Source of the DNA: an uncultured cyanobacterium
GTDB taxonomy: Bacteria > Cyanobacteriota > Cyanobacteriia > Cyanobacteriales > Nostocaceae
Assembly (NCBI GenBank): GCA_963740315.1
Contig: CAVUDP010000001.1
Location: 864,001 to 928,000, forward strand
DNA: 64,000 bases
Reading direction: 5' to 3'
The translations under genes were made by a program, and so were the position numbers. The notes beneath the pieces are model-generated. The model searched no databases. It was not told the origin of the DNA and saw only the letters and a list, made by a program, of their open reading frames with translations. Of the stretch, positions 1-10,923 are shown piece after piece. Within the stretch, counting starts at the first letter, position 1; every line of letters begins with the position of its first letter.

Positions 1-664
1 CGAAATCGTTCACGTACCCTTCGGTTTGGTATTAGGAGAAGACGGGAAAAAACTCAAAACTCGTTCTGGAGAAACGGTAAGACTGCGGGATTTATTAGAT
101 GAAGCAGTTTCTCGCTGTCGTAATGATTTAGAAACAAGGTTGAAAGAGGAAGAAGGAAGAGAAGAAACAGAAGAATTTATTGCTAACGTTGCCAAAGTTG
201 TGGGAATCAGCGCGGTTAAATATGCCGATTTGAGTCAAAACCGTACTGGTAACTATAAATTTAGCTTTGATAAAATGCTTGCGCTCAAAGGTAATACCGC
301 ACCTTATATGCTTTATGCTTATGCACGAACTCAAAGTATTAGTCGTAAAGGTGATATTGACTATAATAACTTGGGTGACAATATCAAAATTATGCTCAAA
401 GAAGAAGCTGAATTAACTTTAGCAAAACATATCTTACAACTAGATGAGGTTGTTGCTGAAGTTGAGCAAGAATTGCTTCCGAATAGATTATGCGAATACC
501 TTTATCAATTAAGTGAAAAATTCAACCAGTTTTTTGAGAATTGTCCGGTTTTGAAATCGGAAGAGCCTGTTAAAACATCGCGGTTAGCTTTATGCGATTT
601 GACAGCGAGAACTTTGAAATTGGGTTTAAACTTGTTGGGAATTGAGGTTTTGGAGAGGATGTAA
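1..664 (+). CDS. argS: Arginine--tRNA ligase, C-terminal part (runs off window start)
   Basis: KLKTRSG (KMSKS-equivalent), [19 protein letters not shown] and DALR-type anticodon-binding C-terminus ending ERM. Confidence 0.96.
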   Translation, partial: EIVHVPFGLVLGEDGKKLKTRSGETVRLRDLLDEAVSRCRNDLETRLKEEEGREETEEFIANVAKVVGISAVKYADLSQNRTGNYKFSFDKMLALKGNTAPYMLYAYARTQSISRKGDIDYNNLGDNIKIMLKEEAELTLAKHILQLDEVVAEVEQELLPNRLCEYLYQLSEKFNQFFENCPVLKSEEPVKTSRLALCDLTARTLKLGLNLLGIEVLERM

Positions 665-667
665 ATT

Positions 668-798
668 GTAGGGTGTGTTGTCGCAACAGCGCAACGCACC
701 ATAATTTTTTAATAATCAGATGAAAATGGTGCGCTAGCCGCGAAAAATACATATTCCGTTATAATCAAGATTAATTATCGCGCCATAACACACCCTAC
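668..798. repeat. Pair of inverted GTAGGGTG-type REP/SDR palindromes between convergent genes
   Basis: GTAGGGTGTGTT...AACGCACC followed by GGTGCGCT...TAACACACCCTAC. Confidence 0.75.
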
Positions 799-2963
799 AA
801 ATTACTTTTTTCCAAATCTTCTATAATTCCCAACATTAACTGTATTGCTTGATAATACTCTTGTAAAGGTGCTAATCGAAGCATACTTTTAAATAAATTT
901 GGTTCAAAAATTCCTTCGGGATATTCTATGGCAATGTATATCATGTCATCTACAAAAGAAACATAAATATTTCTATTAAATTGTTTACAAAACCTAACTA
1001 GCTTTTCTATCAAGCTGGTAGATAAAATATTATTTGCTTGTACTTGGTCTTCGCTGTAAACTGTAAATAAAGAATTAAACTCGGAATTTTCAAGTTTGAT
1101 AAATTGTTTTTTACCGTAATATAGCAAGTTTATCTCGGTTTCTAATAATTTTGGTCTAATTACTGTCAATGCTTGAGATAATTTATTAGATTTAGCAGTA
1201 AAAAATAAGCCTTTAAAAACTTGAGTATTGTAACTTTGATTTTTTAGTACCTCAATTTGGAAACGTTGGAAATCAATATTTTTACCGTATATGATTCGCT
1301 TAATTAAATAGGGTATCCCTTTTGATAATCGAAAAGCGAGCAATGAAATTGCTGCAAAAAAGGAAACTACGGGTACTGTTTTGACATTCTGTTTTTTATT
1401 TATATTGTAAATTTTCGTCCAAGGATAATTTGTAGCTGAACTAATATTAACTGTGGATAATCTGATATCTTGAGTATTTATCTTTCCACCGATTATATTA
1501 TTTTGGTGAATAAAATTAGGTTCAAAAAATGCATTGAAGAGTTGACTTTTACCTATATCGAAAAGAGTTCGATCGTTTTCTTTCTCTGAAGATACTGTTG
1601 ATATATTTAAATGTTGATTTGGATCGATAAATTGATATAGGTTTTTAATTATCTTATCATCCAGTTTATAAGTAAAAGCTTTAAATACACAATCATAAAA
1701 CAAAAAATAGATAATAGAAAATGTTATAATTAGTAACAAATAAATTAAATTTGGGAATTGGGAAAAAAAGAATAGTATAGTCAAAGCAGTAATATTACAA
1801 ACAATAATTATTGCTATTGCTTGTTTTCGTCTGATTTCAAATATTTTCAAATTATTCAGTAAACTTTGTTGATAAAATTGCTCAAATTCATCAAGCGTTT
1901 TTAAACGAAATGGTTTTAAAATAGATTTTGAAGTTGGAGTTTGAGATTGAGTATTTACGATAACGGTTGATTTATCAAAATTTTTTATTTCTAAAGCTAA
2001 ATCCTCTGTTTCAATAAAATTTTCAGGTGGATTTTCACGAAAAAGATCGGTAAATAATAATTCTCTTGCCCATCTGTGACTAAGCTTATCCTCGCTTGTT
2101 ATTAATTTTATGCAAAGTGAAGTAGCTCGTTCAAATTCTCCACTATTTTGATAAAAATGCACTAAATATTTACTAGCTTGTAGATATTCTCTAGTTCCCG
2201 GTAAAGTACTTTCACAATATTCTTCAAGGATTTCAAATGCTTCAGCATAATTTTTATCTATCAACGCATTATATCCCTGTTGATAAATAACTGATGCTTC
2301 TCTGGAAGTTAATAATTCCGTATTGTTTTCTGTATTTCTTGTTTTTTTATATTTGTTATTTGACAAAGAAGATAGATATTGATTTGCAATTAATCGACTT
2401 ATATAATGATTGCTGTTAAGAAGTTGATTGCAAAGCGCGATCGCATTTTTTGATTGTCCGTTGGCATGGTAGGCTTCAATTAATAATACTTGTGCGTAAA
2501 GATGTTCTTTAGTATTAAATTTTAGACTTTCGCAAGCTGTTTCTAAAGTTTCTACAACATGAGAATTACTTCCAAATTCTAAATAGTCATTTATTGAATG
2601 CAATACCAACTTTGCAGATTCACTATCCCAAAGCGGCTGATTATCGCTCTCAATAACTTCTTGTGGTAGCGATTGATAAGCTTCTGGAGATAAATAAGCA
2701 AGTACCCGTTTAGCCCATTTTCTTACTTGAGGATGTCCGTTTGTGGCTAATTCCTTAGTGTGTTGAATTGCTTTAGCTTTGTCTCCGAGATAACCGTAAG
2801 CTTTGACAATGTGTTGTTGTGCGTAAATATATTCTGAAAAGTTAGCATCGGAATCTGTTTCATAGTTTTGACAGTATTCTTCCAATAATTCTATCGCGGT
2901 AGAAAAATTTCCACGCTGAATTGCACTTACACCTTCGATAAGTGTATTTAAGGTAGATGACAT
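795..2963 (-). CDS. Membrane protein with N-terminal TPR-like repeats and a C-terminal DUF3137-like domain
   Basis: Three helical repeats (LEEYC..EY..A...LV..Y...G...A...C..L), central TM helices, C-terminal VFKGLFF..KLENSEFNSLFTVYSEDQVQA..ILS motif. Confidence 0.7.
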   Translation of the reverse strand: MSSTLNTLIEGVSAIQRGNFSTAIELLEEYCQNYETDSDANFSEYIYAQQHIVKAYGYLGDKAKAIQHTKELATNGHPQVRKWAKRVLAYLSPEAYQSLPQEVIESDNQPLWDSESAKLVLHSINDYLEFGSNSHVVETLETACESLKFNTKEHLYAQVLLIEAYHANGQSKNAIALCNQLLNSNHYISRLIANQYLSSLSNNKYKKTRNTENNTELLTSREASVIYQQGYNALIDKNYAEAFEILEEYCESTLPGTREYLQASKYLVHFYQNSGEFERATSLCIKLITSEDKLSHRWARELLFTDLFRENPPENFIETEDLALEIKNFDKSTVIVNTQSQTPTSKSILKPFRLKTLDEFEQFYQQSLLNNLKIFEIRRKQAIAIIIVCNITALTILFFFSQFPNLIYLLLIITFSIIYFLFYDCVFKAFTYKLDDKIIKNLYQFIDPNQHLNISTVSSEKENDRTLFDIGKSQLFNAFFEPNFIHQNNIIGGKINTQDIRLSTVNISSATNYPWTKIYNINKKQNVKTVPVVSFFAAISLLAFRLSKGIPYLIKRIIYGKNIDFQRFQIEVLKNQSYNTQVFKGLFFTAKSNKLSQALTVIRPKLLETEINLLYYGKKQFIKLENSEFNSLFTVYSEDQVQANNILSTSLIEKLVRFCKQFNRNIYVSFVDDMIYIAIEYPEGIFEPNLFKSMLRLAPLQEYYQAIQLMLGIIEDLEKSNL

Positions 2964-3224
2964 GATTAAAGTTGGTTGTTAAATTGATCGGGTAAATATA
3001 AATTTAGATGTTAATAGAAGGGATAAATCCCTTACTACGAGCAAATAAATAAGATTTTTATATTAATATTATATGAAGTGTTATTTTGACGGTATAAGGG
3101 TGTAATTACGCAATTAGGTGTAGAGACTTCGCACTGCTACGTCTTCATAAACTTTGGTTGGTGTTAGATGAAAGTTATTATTTTAAGCTAATTATAATTA
3201 GTTGAAAAAATATACACCTGGCGA

Positions 3225-3402
3225 TTAAGAATATTTATAATTTTTATTTGTAGGGTGTGTGACGCTTGAATAAATTTGGCTCGTAACTAAAAGAATAGTA
3301 GCGTCACGCACCAACGACAAACTACGGTGAAATCGAAACAATATGCCGCACCTGGCGATTCAAATCGCGGCTACACAGGGGAAACCCACCTTAGTGGGTT
3401 AG
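3225..3402. repeat. REP/SDR cluster downstream of NuiA-like gene copy 1
   Basis: GTAGGGTGTGTGACGCT...AGCGTCACGCACC hairpin plus GCGATTCAAATCGC palindrome; similar to 11755-12158. Confidence 0.75.
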
Positions 3403-3412
3403 GAAAATTAGT

Positions 3413-4348
3413 TTAGGGATTGTAAATGAATTCGCTTTTTATATAAATACCAGCGCGATCGCCATTTTTGGTTTCACCGATGATATAGATATTTTCTAAA
3501 TAACCGAAACTAAATCTATACATCATCACTTCAGAAAAAGTTTGATTCAAAAATTGATTTATTTGGGTGTATTTTTGATAGATAAAATCCCATTCTTCAG
3601 GTTCATCTACATATTCTTCTTCAAGATCCTCCCCATCTGAATAGAAGCTATGAAATTGACTTAGTTCTAAAATTCTTGAAGTCTGTAAAGCTTTTTCAAT
3701 TGCTGATTCTTTGGTTTTACCAGCAGCGTAAACCATGCGGTAATCATGACTACAGTTATAATTATCAATATCACCACCCTGTAAAATAATTTCTCCAAAC
3801 TTAAAGATAATTTCTTTAGTTTTTAAAATTAAATGTTTTGTGTTTTCTCCCATTTCTTCAAGATTATTTTTTTTATTTTGCCGAGTTCGAGAAATTTGCT
3901 CTTGTGGAATAAATGATTCTGTGTAGACAGTAGGACATACGCTAAACCAATCTCCATCGATTGTTTTACCAACAACTAAACCAACCGGGTTATAAGCAGT
4001 TTTAAGATTAAAATACTCTAACTCTTGTAAATTATCGGTTAATAGTTTAAACAATTCTGGAATTATTCTTGCTTTTTGGTTGATTTCCTCTGTATCTAAA
4101 TCAAATCTATGAAAAGACATCACATATTGCATTACCTGCCAATTTTTAAGTATTACATCATCATCTGTTTGCTTTAACCATCCTTTTGAAAGACTTAACT
4201 TTAACGGATTAAATTCCTCTTGCTTTGATGTCTCCCAAACAAACGGATAAATATATCCACCATCTTCATGCCCAGGAAATCTCATACAACGACAAGATTC
4301 TAAGAAAATTTCTAAAGTTGCTACAATTTTCTTTGTTTCTTTATTCAT
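3413..4348 (-). CDS. Tandem (two-domain) nuclease A inhibitor NuiA-like protein, copy 1
   Basis: Two NuiA-like segments: LLTDNLQELEYF..LVVGKTIDGDW and KYTQINQFL..MYRF..IYIIGETKNGDRAGI; acidic. Confidence 0.7.
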   Translation of the reverse strand: MNKETKKIVATLEIFLESCRCMRFPGHEDGGYIYPFVWETSKQEEFNPLKLSLSKGWLKQTDDDVILKNWQVMQYVMSFHRFDLDTEEINQKARIIPELFKLLTDNLQELEYFNLKTAYNPVGLVVGKTIDGDWFSVCPTVYTESFIPQEQISRTRQNKKNNLEEMGENTKHLILKTKEIIFKFGEIILQGGDIDNYNCSHDYRMVYAAGKTKESAIEKALQTSRILELSQFHSFYSDGEDLEEEYVDEPEEWDFIYQKYTQINQFLNQTFSEVMMYRFSFGYLENIYIIGETKNGDRAGIYIKSEFIYNP

Positions 4349-4375
4349 GATGTTTTATTTTTTATTTTTCAAGTT

Positions 4376-7009
4376 TTAATTACTATTTGATAATCTTTGA
4401 TTCGCTGCTGCTCTAACAATCCAATTACCATCACGGGCAAGTGTTTCACGTACTTCTAAAGATGTCGCTTGATTCTCAGCAACTGCATATCTTTCTAACC
4501 AAGATGCAGAATTCGCACCTTGATTTAATATTTCCCCTGGTGTAACGGGATGAAGTAGGGTGACAAACCGCACAAAAGCGTTATCTGAATCAGCGTATTC
4601 TGTTAATACGGTTGCTAAATCATCGCTGCTGGGGTTATAAATTCGGGGAAGACTTTGAAGAGTAAAAGTTTGTTGAGTGTCGATTGGTGAAAAAGCATCA
4701 TAATAAATGGTTGGCTTGGTTACTAGTTCCAATGCTTCATTACTTTCACGTTCGCTTTCCAATTCCAATTGAATTTTATAAATATCAAGACGACTGAGAC
4801 TAGGATTTTTGGTTAAATTATGACCGGAAGCAAGCTTTTGAATTAAATCCTTGGGAGTATTGGGATTTTCCGCAACTAATCTTAGAGTATAAGAATTATC
4901 TGTTTGAGCAGCTTTTCTAAGAACACCAACGGGAGCATTAGGATTTTTGATAACGTCTTGAACTCCACCTCTACGACGTTCAGCAATAAATTCTAATACA
5001 GTTATTGGAGTCTGAGGATTTTTAGCAATTTCTTCTTGAACGCTTGGTTTTCCACAGGTAAGCGCTTGTTGCAAATATTCGATACGCTGTTCTTCTGGAG
5101 TTTGAGGATTGTAGGCGATCGCCATCCGAACATCATAATCATTTTCATATTCATAATATCCCCTTGGATTCGGAGGTTCGATAAATTCATCTAGCAAATT
5201 TTCTCTTATAGATGAAGGAGTATTGGGATTACGAATCAAATGTGCTGCAATTACTCGATGGTCTTTATCACTTTGGAATCCGAAATTTCTGAACATCAAA
5301 AGACCAAAAAGAATATGATTTGACCATTCTGAACCCAACCATTCTCTGTCTTTGTATGGAACTCCCCCTCCCATACCAAAATTAAGAAGTATGAATTGGC
5401 TTATACCTTGTAAATATTCAGTTTCTTCCTCGCTCAAAGAAGCTAAAAACTGATTCCAATCTTGTAAGATAGTCTCGCGAAATGCACTATCTTGTTGCAA
5501 CTGAAATAATATTTGTTCTTGGGATTGATAATTGGCTATAAAATTTTGAACCCGATTCAATAAATTTTCTATATCATAAACAGCATTATCAGGTGAAGCG
5601 GACATAAATTGAGATAGTGTATCTATCATTCTGTTGAATGGAGACAATCTATCTGCGATTTGTTCTAACATCGCTATGGGAGTATTACAATTTTCAGCAA
5701 TAATGTTAATAATGTTATTGTCTCGATTATTTATAAACTCTTCTAACAACTGTATTCGTAAAGCCTCTGAAGCCTTTTGATTAAAAGCAACAGCCAATTT
5801 GACTTCAGGATTAGGATATTCAACTAATCTTTCCAAAATTTCTGCTGAAACCTGCCCATGCTTAGCAACATCTACCAAATATCTAATATCATCCTCAACC
5901 CATTTATTTGAAATGCCTGGAGTTGAATTATTACGAATCTCTTGTTCTAATCTTTCCGCTCGCAATACTTCTAAATCAATATTCGCTAATTCAGCTAAAA
6001 TCCAAGTTGGTGTATTTGGCTGTCTCAACAAAAAATAATCGTATTTATATTTCCAAGGTGCTGTACTTATAAATGTTTCTCGGAAAAATCGCTCTAATAT
6101 ACTCGCTGGTAAATCGTCCTTGTTTTGAATTAAATTTTTATAATCAGCAAACAACTGATGCAATGTCTCTTCAGCAATATTCGGATGTTCTACAACAGCA
6201 CCTTGAATTTGTTTATCAGAATTTTCCGCTAAAACAGCCAGAACATCCGCACTCGTTCCCGGATTCTTCGCTACAGCTAACCTTATCCGAAATTCCTCAT
6301 CCGCTGCCAACTTGATCAAAGTATCTTCCGGAGCAAAAGGATTTTCCGCTACCGTCAACCTCACCCAACCCCAACGACTCTCCCCCAAATCTTCCAAATC
6401 TCGAATATCCGCATCCCAATCCCCAGCCAAATCATGCTGAATTTTCACCAACTCGATCGCATCCGACGGACAATTTTGGTTAAATTCCACCGCTAACCGT
6501 ACCGCTAAATCCAAATCTCCAGCTAACAATTCCAACAGTGAAACCGGAGTTTCTTTATATTCCGCTACCTGCAAACGTGCTTCTAATTCCCCTTCTTGCG
6601 CTAACCTTTCTAACAACTGCAACCGATACCGCAGCGGCATATATTCATTTTTCAATCCTTGAATTAACCGATTCACCGGAACCCATTCACTCAAAAAATC
6701 GGGAGGTACGGGAGCAAATTTCATCAACTCCACTGCTAAAGAGTCATTTTCTCCCAAATCCTTATTTCGCAACACTTCCGAAACAACTTTCCGATAATCT
6801 TCCCTTACTTCACCCACCCAATTAACGTGTAATCTCGCAACTTCCACAACTGTGGAATAATCGCTGTTAACTAAAACCGCTAAAAGACTGCGGGGAGTTT
6901 CGCGAAAAGTAGCAACAGCAATCTGCATTTCCTCGGATTCCCCCAACAATTCTGGAGCATCCAAAAATCTTTGTAAATCCCCTGTACTAACCCTGTAAAG
7001 TGACTGCAT
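4376..7009 (-). CDS. Leucine-rich-repeat variant (LRV/HEAT-like) protein, copy 1
   Basis: Many VRLAVAxNPxTP..L..LA repeats; C-terminus SWLERYAVAEN..LARDGNWIVRAAA. Confidence 0.85.
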   Translation of the reverse strand: MQSLYRVSTGDLQRFLDAPELLGESEEMQIAVATFRETPRSLLAVLVNSDYSTVVEVARLHVNWVGEVREDYRKVVSEVLRNKDLGENDSLAVELMKFAPVPPDFLSEWVPVNRLIQGLKNEYMPLRYRLQLLERLAQEGELEARLQVAEYKETPVSLLELLAGDLDLAVRLAVEFNQNCPSDAIELVKIQHDLAGDWDADIRDLEDLGESRWGWVRLTVAENPFAPEDTLIKLAADEEFRIRLAVAKNPGTSADVLAVLAENSDKQIQGAVVEHPNIAEETLHQLFADYKNLIQNKDDLPASILERFFRETFISTAPWKYKYDYFLLRQPNTPTWILAELANIDLEVLRAERLEQEIRNNSTPGISNKWVEDDIRYLVDVAKHGQVSAEILERLVEYPNPEVKLAVAFNQKASEALRIQLLEEFINNRDNNIINIIAENCNTPIAMLEQIADRLSPFNRMIDTLSQFMSASPDNAVYDIENLLNRVQNFIANYQSQEQILFQLQQDSAFRETILQDWNQFLASLSEEETEYLQGISQFILLNFGMGGGVPYKDREWLGSEWSNHILFGLLMFRNFGFQSDKDHRVIAAHLIRNPNTPSSIRENLLDEFIEPPNPRGYYEYENDYDVRMAIAYNPQTPEEQRIEYLQQALTCGKPSVQEEIAKNPQTPITVLEFIAERRRGGVQDVIKNPNAPVGVLRKAAQTDNSYTLRLVAENPNTPKDLIQKLASGHNLTKNPSLSRLDIYKIQLELESERESNEALELVTKPTIYYDAFSPIDTQQTFTLQSLPRIYNPSSDDLATVLTEYADSDNAFVRFVTLLHPVTPGEILNQGANSASWLERYAVAENQATSLEVRETLARDGNWIVRAAANQRLSNSN

Positions 7010-7030
7010 AATTCTAAATTTATCTTTTAT

Positions 7031-7044
7031 AGTACTAATATACT
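7031..7044. promoter_or_regulatory. Putative LexA (SOS) box, 1 mismatch
   Basis: AGTACTAATATACT vs cyanobacterial consensus RGTAC-NNN-DGTWCB, 21 nt upstream of the LRV start; position conserved in the paralog. Confidence 0.55.
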
Positions 7045-7345
7045 ATTATTCTGTGGATTGTCAAAAGTTTGATTATTAAACTTATGATTCCCCAAATGAA
7101 GATAAAAATATGCAGATAATTATTTGTATAAAGTTTGTAGTAGCGCTAGTCTTCGAGCCTATTTTTTGTAAGTGAAGAAGATTGCTGAAGAGAAAAAACC
7201 TTACTAGACGCAGAGTACGCTGAGGGAAGAAGTGGAGAGGATTAATAAAAGATGGTGCGTGACGCTAGAGAATTGTAAGTACATCGCAAATCGATCGAAG
7301 CGTCACACACCCTACAAAAAACTCTCAATCTCTTGTGGGATATTC

Positions 7346-8005
7346 TTACAACAATCCCCGATAATGAATAAACGTCAAAAGAACTGCCCAAGAACCCAAG
7401 GCAACTTTGATCGCAACTAAAAAGTTCAATAAGGGCAAAACCCCGCCGCTAAATAAGGTACCTAATTCGCCATGAGGTAGTTCAAATCCAGATAGTTTAA
7501 TTACAGCCAATACAATAAAAATCAAAACGGAAATCTTCTCCCATTTTGAAGCGTACCATTTCTTATAAATTGCCTGCATCCATTCTGAGGAGGAGGTTAT
7601 CGCCACCAAACCGATCGCTGTACCACCAGCGACTCCCGCAGCAAAACCACCACCGGGGCTGAGATGTCCGCGAATGGCTAACTCGATACCTACTAAGGCT
7701 GCAATTGTCGCACCCAATCGGGCTAATATAATTGAAGGGCGATCGTTGAAATGATAAATCGTACAAAATGGTCTTTCGTTTGCCAGCATATAGGTGGCTC
7801 CCATGATGGCGATTGTAAACACGACGACTTCAAAAATGGTGTCGTAAAGCCGATTCCGAAAGATGATACCGGATACTGCATTGGGTACTCCGCTATCTTG
7901 TACGACTGCTTGAACAATCGATATTGATAATTCTCCTTCTGGATTTGCTACGAGCAACATTTTTACAAATAGCGCCATCCCAGCAACTATATATATCCAT
8001 TTCAT
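7346..8005 (-). CDS. mnhB: Na+/H+ antiporter subunit B
   Basis: PNAVSGIIFRNRLYDTIFE and GHLSPGGGFAAG motifs. Confidence 0.9.
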   Translation of the reverse strand: MKWIYIVAGMALFVKMLLVANPEGELSISIVQAVVQDSGVPNAVSGIIFRNRLYDTIFEVVVFTIAIMGATYMLANERPFCTIYHFNDRPSIILARLGATIAALVGIELAIRGHLSPGGGFAAGVAGGTAIGLVAITSSSEWMQAIYKKWYASKWEKISVLIFIVLAVIKLSGFELPHGELGTLFSGGVLPLLNFLVAIKVALGSWAVLLTFIHYRGLL

Positions 8006-8583
8006 AGCGGTTGCTCCTCTAATTTGGGTAAATTATCATCTATTGAATTTGCGTAATTCAAAATCGTTTGAGGGGATGAAAGTTCGGTTTGCATGATGTC
8101 GTAGATCCGCTGAATACGAATTGTAGTTCGTAATGGTATGTCTACATCTAAATGATGAGTACAGGTTGCGTGGATTTCTTTTTCACTCATAGCTCGCTGT
8201 AAAGCATGAATATCGTTGTAATGTACTAATTCCAATCGCATATGACGCTTATTTAAAATCCTGCGGAAGTCAGCGGTTAAGTCTATAAAAGCTGGTTCTT
8301 GTTCGAGATGATGGGCTGCGTCTGCCAATACTCCGACACGCAATACTAAGGACGATCGCACGGCTACGGCATACAGGGTAATTGCTAACAAAGTACCCAT
8401 CAAAGCTTCAGTTAAAGCGACATCCGCAGCACCCAAAACGGCATAAACTAAAGCTGCGATCGCACCTAATATTCCCCTTAGTGCTAAAGCATGGTAGGGA
8501 TTAACTTGAAGTACTACCAAGCAGGACGTTAAAGGGAGTAAAGCAACGATAATATAAAGATAAATATCAAGATTTTCGTTCAT
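8002..8583 (-). CDS. DUF4040 (MrpA C-terminal/MnhB-like) subunit
   Basis: LGAADVALTEALMG motif; within mrp operon. Confidence 0.85.
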   Translation of the reverse strand: MNENLDIYLYIIVALLPLTSCLVVLQVNPYHALALRGILGAIAALVYAVLGAADVALTEALMGTLLAITLYAVAVRSSLVLRVGVLADAAHHLEQEPAFIDLTADFRRILNKRHMRLELVHYNDIHALQRAMSEKEIHATCTHHLDVDIPLRTTIRIQRIYDIMQTELSSPQTILNYANSIDDNLPKLEEQPL

Positions 8584-8854
8584 TTTCCTCTCCTTCACCG
8601 GAACAGTAAGCTAAAACGTAACCAAGCATGGTGTTCCAAATTGCTAAGGTGATGATGGCAAGAACAAACAACGTCCATTCTGATGGTCTTTTTAACAGCA
8701 ATCCGAAAACAATGGCAATTGAACCAAGGGTATCTGCGACAGAAAGACTGTGTAATTTAAATAAAACGGAGCGCTTCCCCAACAAAGGAAAAGTACCCCA
8801 AAACCAAAAGAAAATCCCGACACCAATACAGATATAGCTAAGTATATTTATCAT
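8567..8854 (-). CDS. mnhG: Na+/H+ antiporter subunit G
   Basis: KLHSLSVADTLG motif, 3 TM helices. Confidence 0.88.
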   Translation of the reverse strand: MINILSYICIGVGIFFWFWGTFPLLGKRSVLFKLHSLSVADTLGSIAIVFGLLLKRPSEWTLFVLAIITLAIWNTMLGYVLAYCSGEGEENERKS

Positions 8855-9116
8855 TTTCTCTTAAACGTTTGAGTATATGTGCTAACAACATTATTCCGGC
8901 ATCACCGACGCTGAGGATAAGTACTGCAACTACGCCAATCATCCAATCATCCCGGATTACGGATACCATCAAAGCGATGATGGCTGTTTTGGTGGAAATA
9001 CTCGCAAATGCCAGCATTGTCTGCCAGATATTTTCATCCTTCCAAGCTTCGTAGATGGGTATTAGCAAAGCTAGAAGCATGGCAAATAAAATTATCAGAT
9101 TTATATTTATATTCAC
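8838..9116 (-). CDS. mnhF: Na+/H+ antiporter subunit F-like
   Basis: 92 aa, 3 TM helices, lies between E and G with overlapping start/stop. Confidence 0.7.
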   Translation of the reverse strand: MNININLIILFAMLLALLIPIYEAWKDENIWQTMLAFASISTKTAIIALMVSVIRDDWMIGVVAVLILSVGDAGIMLLAHILKRLRENDKYT

Positions 9117-9499
9117 TATTCTGCCCTCTTCGGTAGCACTCGATGTACTTCATACCAGCCATCTTGGCGGTATTTATAAACAATGGTTTTCGGTGTAAAG
9201 GTAATTAGAAAGATATCTAAAAATATCAATCGGGAAGATCGCTTTGGTGGAATCTTTTCTAAAATTACATCTTCATGTTGGTGAGGACGAATAATGATTT
9301 CAAAGGCTTCAATATAAGCTTGGGGAATCGCCAGAACAATTTTACCCAGCACAGTTAACCAATCTTTCAATACTTCTTTGGATGGATAACCACGCGGTAA
9401 AGCAAAAGCAATAATTATACCGATGATGATATTGGCAACGCTCAAATCGGATGTGAGCAGAAACCAGATAGTTAGTCTTAATATGAGATTTCCAACCAT
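9116..9499 (-). CDS. mnhE: Na+/H+ antiporter subunit E
   Basis: IWFLLT...ITFTPKT..EVH pattern; alternative start at 9514. Confidence 0.85.
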   Translation of the reverse strand: MVGNLILRLTIWFLLTSDLSVANIIIGIIIAFALPRGYPSKEVLKDWLTVLGKIVLAIPQAYIEAFEIIIRPHQHEDVILEKIPPKRSSRLIFLDIFLITFTPKTIVYKYRQDGWYEVHRVLPKRAE

Positions 9500-10923
9500 G
9501 AAAATGCCATCCAAAATAGTAAAATTGCAACAAGACTCATTACACCGATTAAATGCTCAAACTCTTCAAGTACGTGGGGTAATTTCAAAGCGGTGCGTTT
9601 AAATATCAAGAAATACAGCAACCAGCCCCCAGCTAAAGTTACAAATGCTTTGGCAATATTGTAGATGGTATAAGCTTCGAGATAAAGAACATTAGCGGTA
9701 ATCAACCAACCCAACAAAAGCACGATCGCAGCCCAAAAACCGGGCTTTGGTTTTTCTCCTTCTCCATGCGGTAAAAAGATAAATTTGGCATATACTATTA
9801 CCGTTCCCACAACGGCAACGTTCATTGCAATTTCTTGCCAAGGCAATAAATTCTTCATCGTCAAAGCTTTGGCACTAAACCCCGTCAACAAGGGAAAACC
9901 CGATATTGATAAACTCGCTATAACTAAAACAATCCAAGTTGCAGTATTAATGGGTTTATTTTGCAATTCCTTTAAGCTACGACTGGGTAAATTACCAGCA
10001 GTCAAAAATAACGCCGATTTTGCTAAACCGTGCGCTAAAGCATAATAACCTCCGACTAAAGGTGCAGCCAGAATCCAACCCAATTGGGAAATCGTACTTG
10101 AAGCTAATACCCGCTTGGTGTCGTTTTCAAATAAAGCGTAGATTATTCCTAAAAAAGCGGTTGCTATTCCGAAACTCCTAACAATCGGATCTATATCTTC
10201 GACAATTAAGGCACACCGCACCATCGGATAAACTCCAGCTTTAACCACAACCCCCGATAGCAAAGCCGAAACGGGAGTCTCGGATTCCGCATGAGTTAAA
10301 GGCAGCCACAATCCCGATACAAAAACCCCTCCCTTAACTAAAAGCCCGACAAAAATTAAAGCCAAAGCTTCCGGTGGAGCTTTACCCAAACCTGCATAAT
10401 TAAAGGAATGAGTAGCTTGATAAACCAGCACCGCACCGATTAAATAAAATAGCATTGCCGTATTGCTGATAAACAGATAGCGTAAAGCCACCCAAATCGA
10501 ACGATCTGTACGTGGATAGGCAATTAACAAAAATGCTGCAATCCCGCTGACTTCCAAAGCCACATATAAACTAATAAAATCCGTACAGGCAAATGCTGCA
10601 TTGACGCTGCCATGCACAATAATAGCTTGAGTGTAGAAAAAAGCTGATTTATCGCTACGCCAACAATATAAGATAACTGCGGCAGTTACCAAAGCATTAG
10701 TTAAGATAAAATAGCCGCTTAACTCATCGACGGATAAAGTTACGCCAAAATTATCAACTAATTCCAACGTTAATGGCGATCGCTGGATAAATAATATTAA
10801 TGCATATGCGAAAGAAGCAACCGTCCCCAACAATGCCAGATAGCGGGCAAGTTTGGGAATAAGATAGATAGTGAATCCTAAAAAAAACGGCAGAGTTGCC
10901 CAAACAATGGTAATGATGTTCAT
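9478..10923 (-). CDS. mnhD: Na+/H+ antiporter subunit D (proton-conducting membrane subunit)
   Basis: DFISLYVALE, WLPLTH, PVSALLSGVVVK, KRVLASSTISQLG, HGLAKSALF. Confidence 0.92.
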   Translation of the reverse strand: MNIITIVWATLPFFLGFTIYLIPKLARYLALLGTVASFAYALILFIQRSPLTLELVDNFGVTLSVDELSGYFILTNALVTAAVILYCWRSDKSAFFYTQAIIVHGSVNAAFACTDFISLYVALEVSGIAAFLLIAYPRTDRSIWVALRYLFISNTAMLFYLIGAVLVYQATHSFNYAGLGKAPPEALALIFVGLLVKGGVFVSGLWLPLTHAESETPVSALLSGVVVKAGVYPMVRCALIVEDIDPIVRSFGIATAFLGIIYALFENDTKRVLASSTISQLGWILAAPLVGGYYALAHGLAKSALFLTAGNLPSRSLKELQNKPINTATWIVLVIASLSISGFPLLTGFSAKALTMKNLLPWQEIAMNVAVVGTVIVYAKFIFLPHGEGEKPKPGFWAAIVLLLGWLITANVLYLEAYTIYNIAKAFVTLAGGWLLYFLIFKRTALKLPHVLEEFEHLIGVMSLVAILLFWMAFSWLEISY

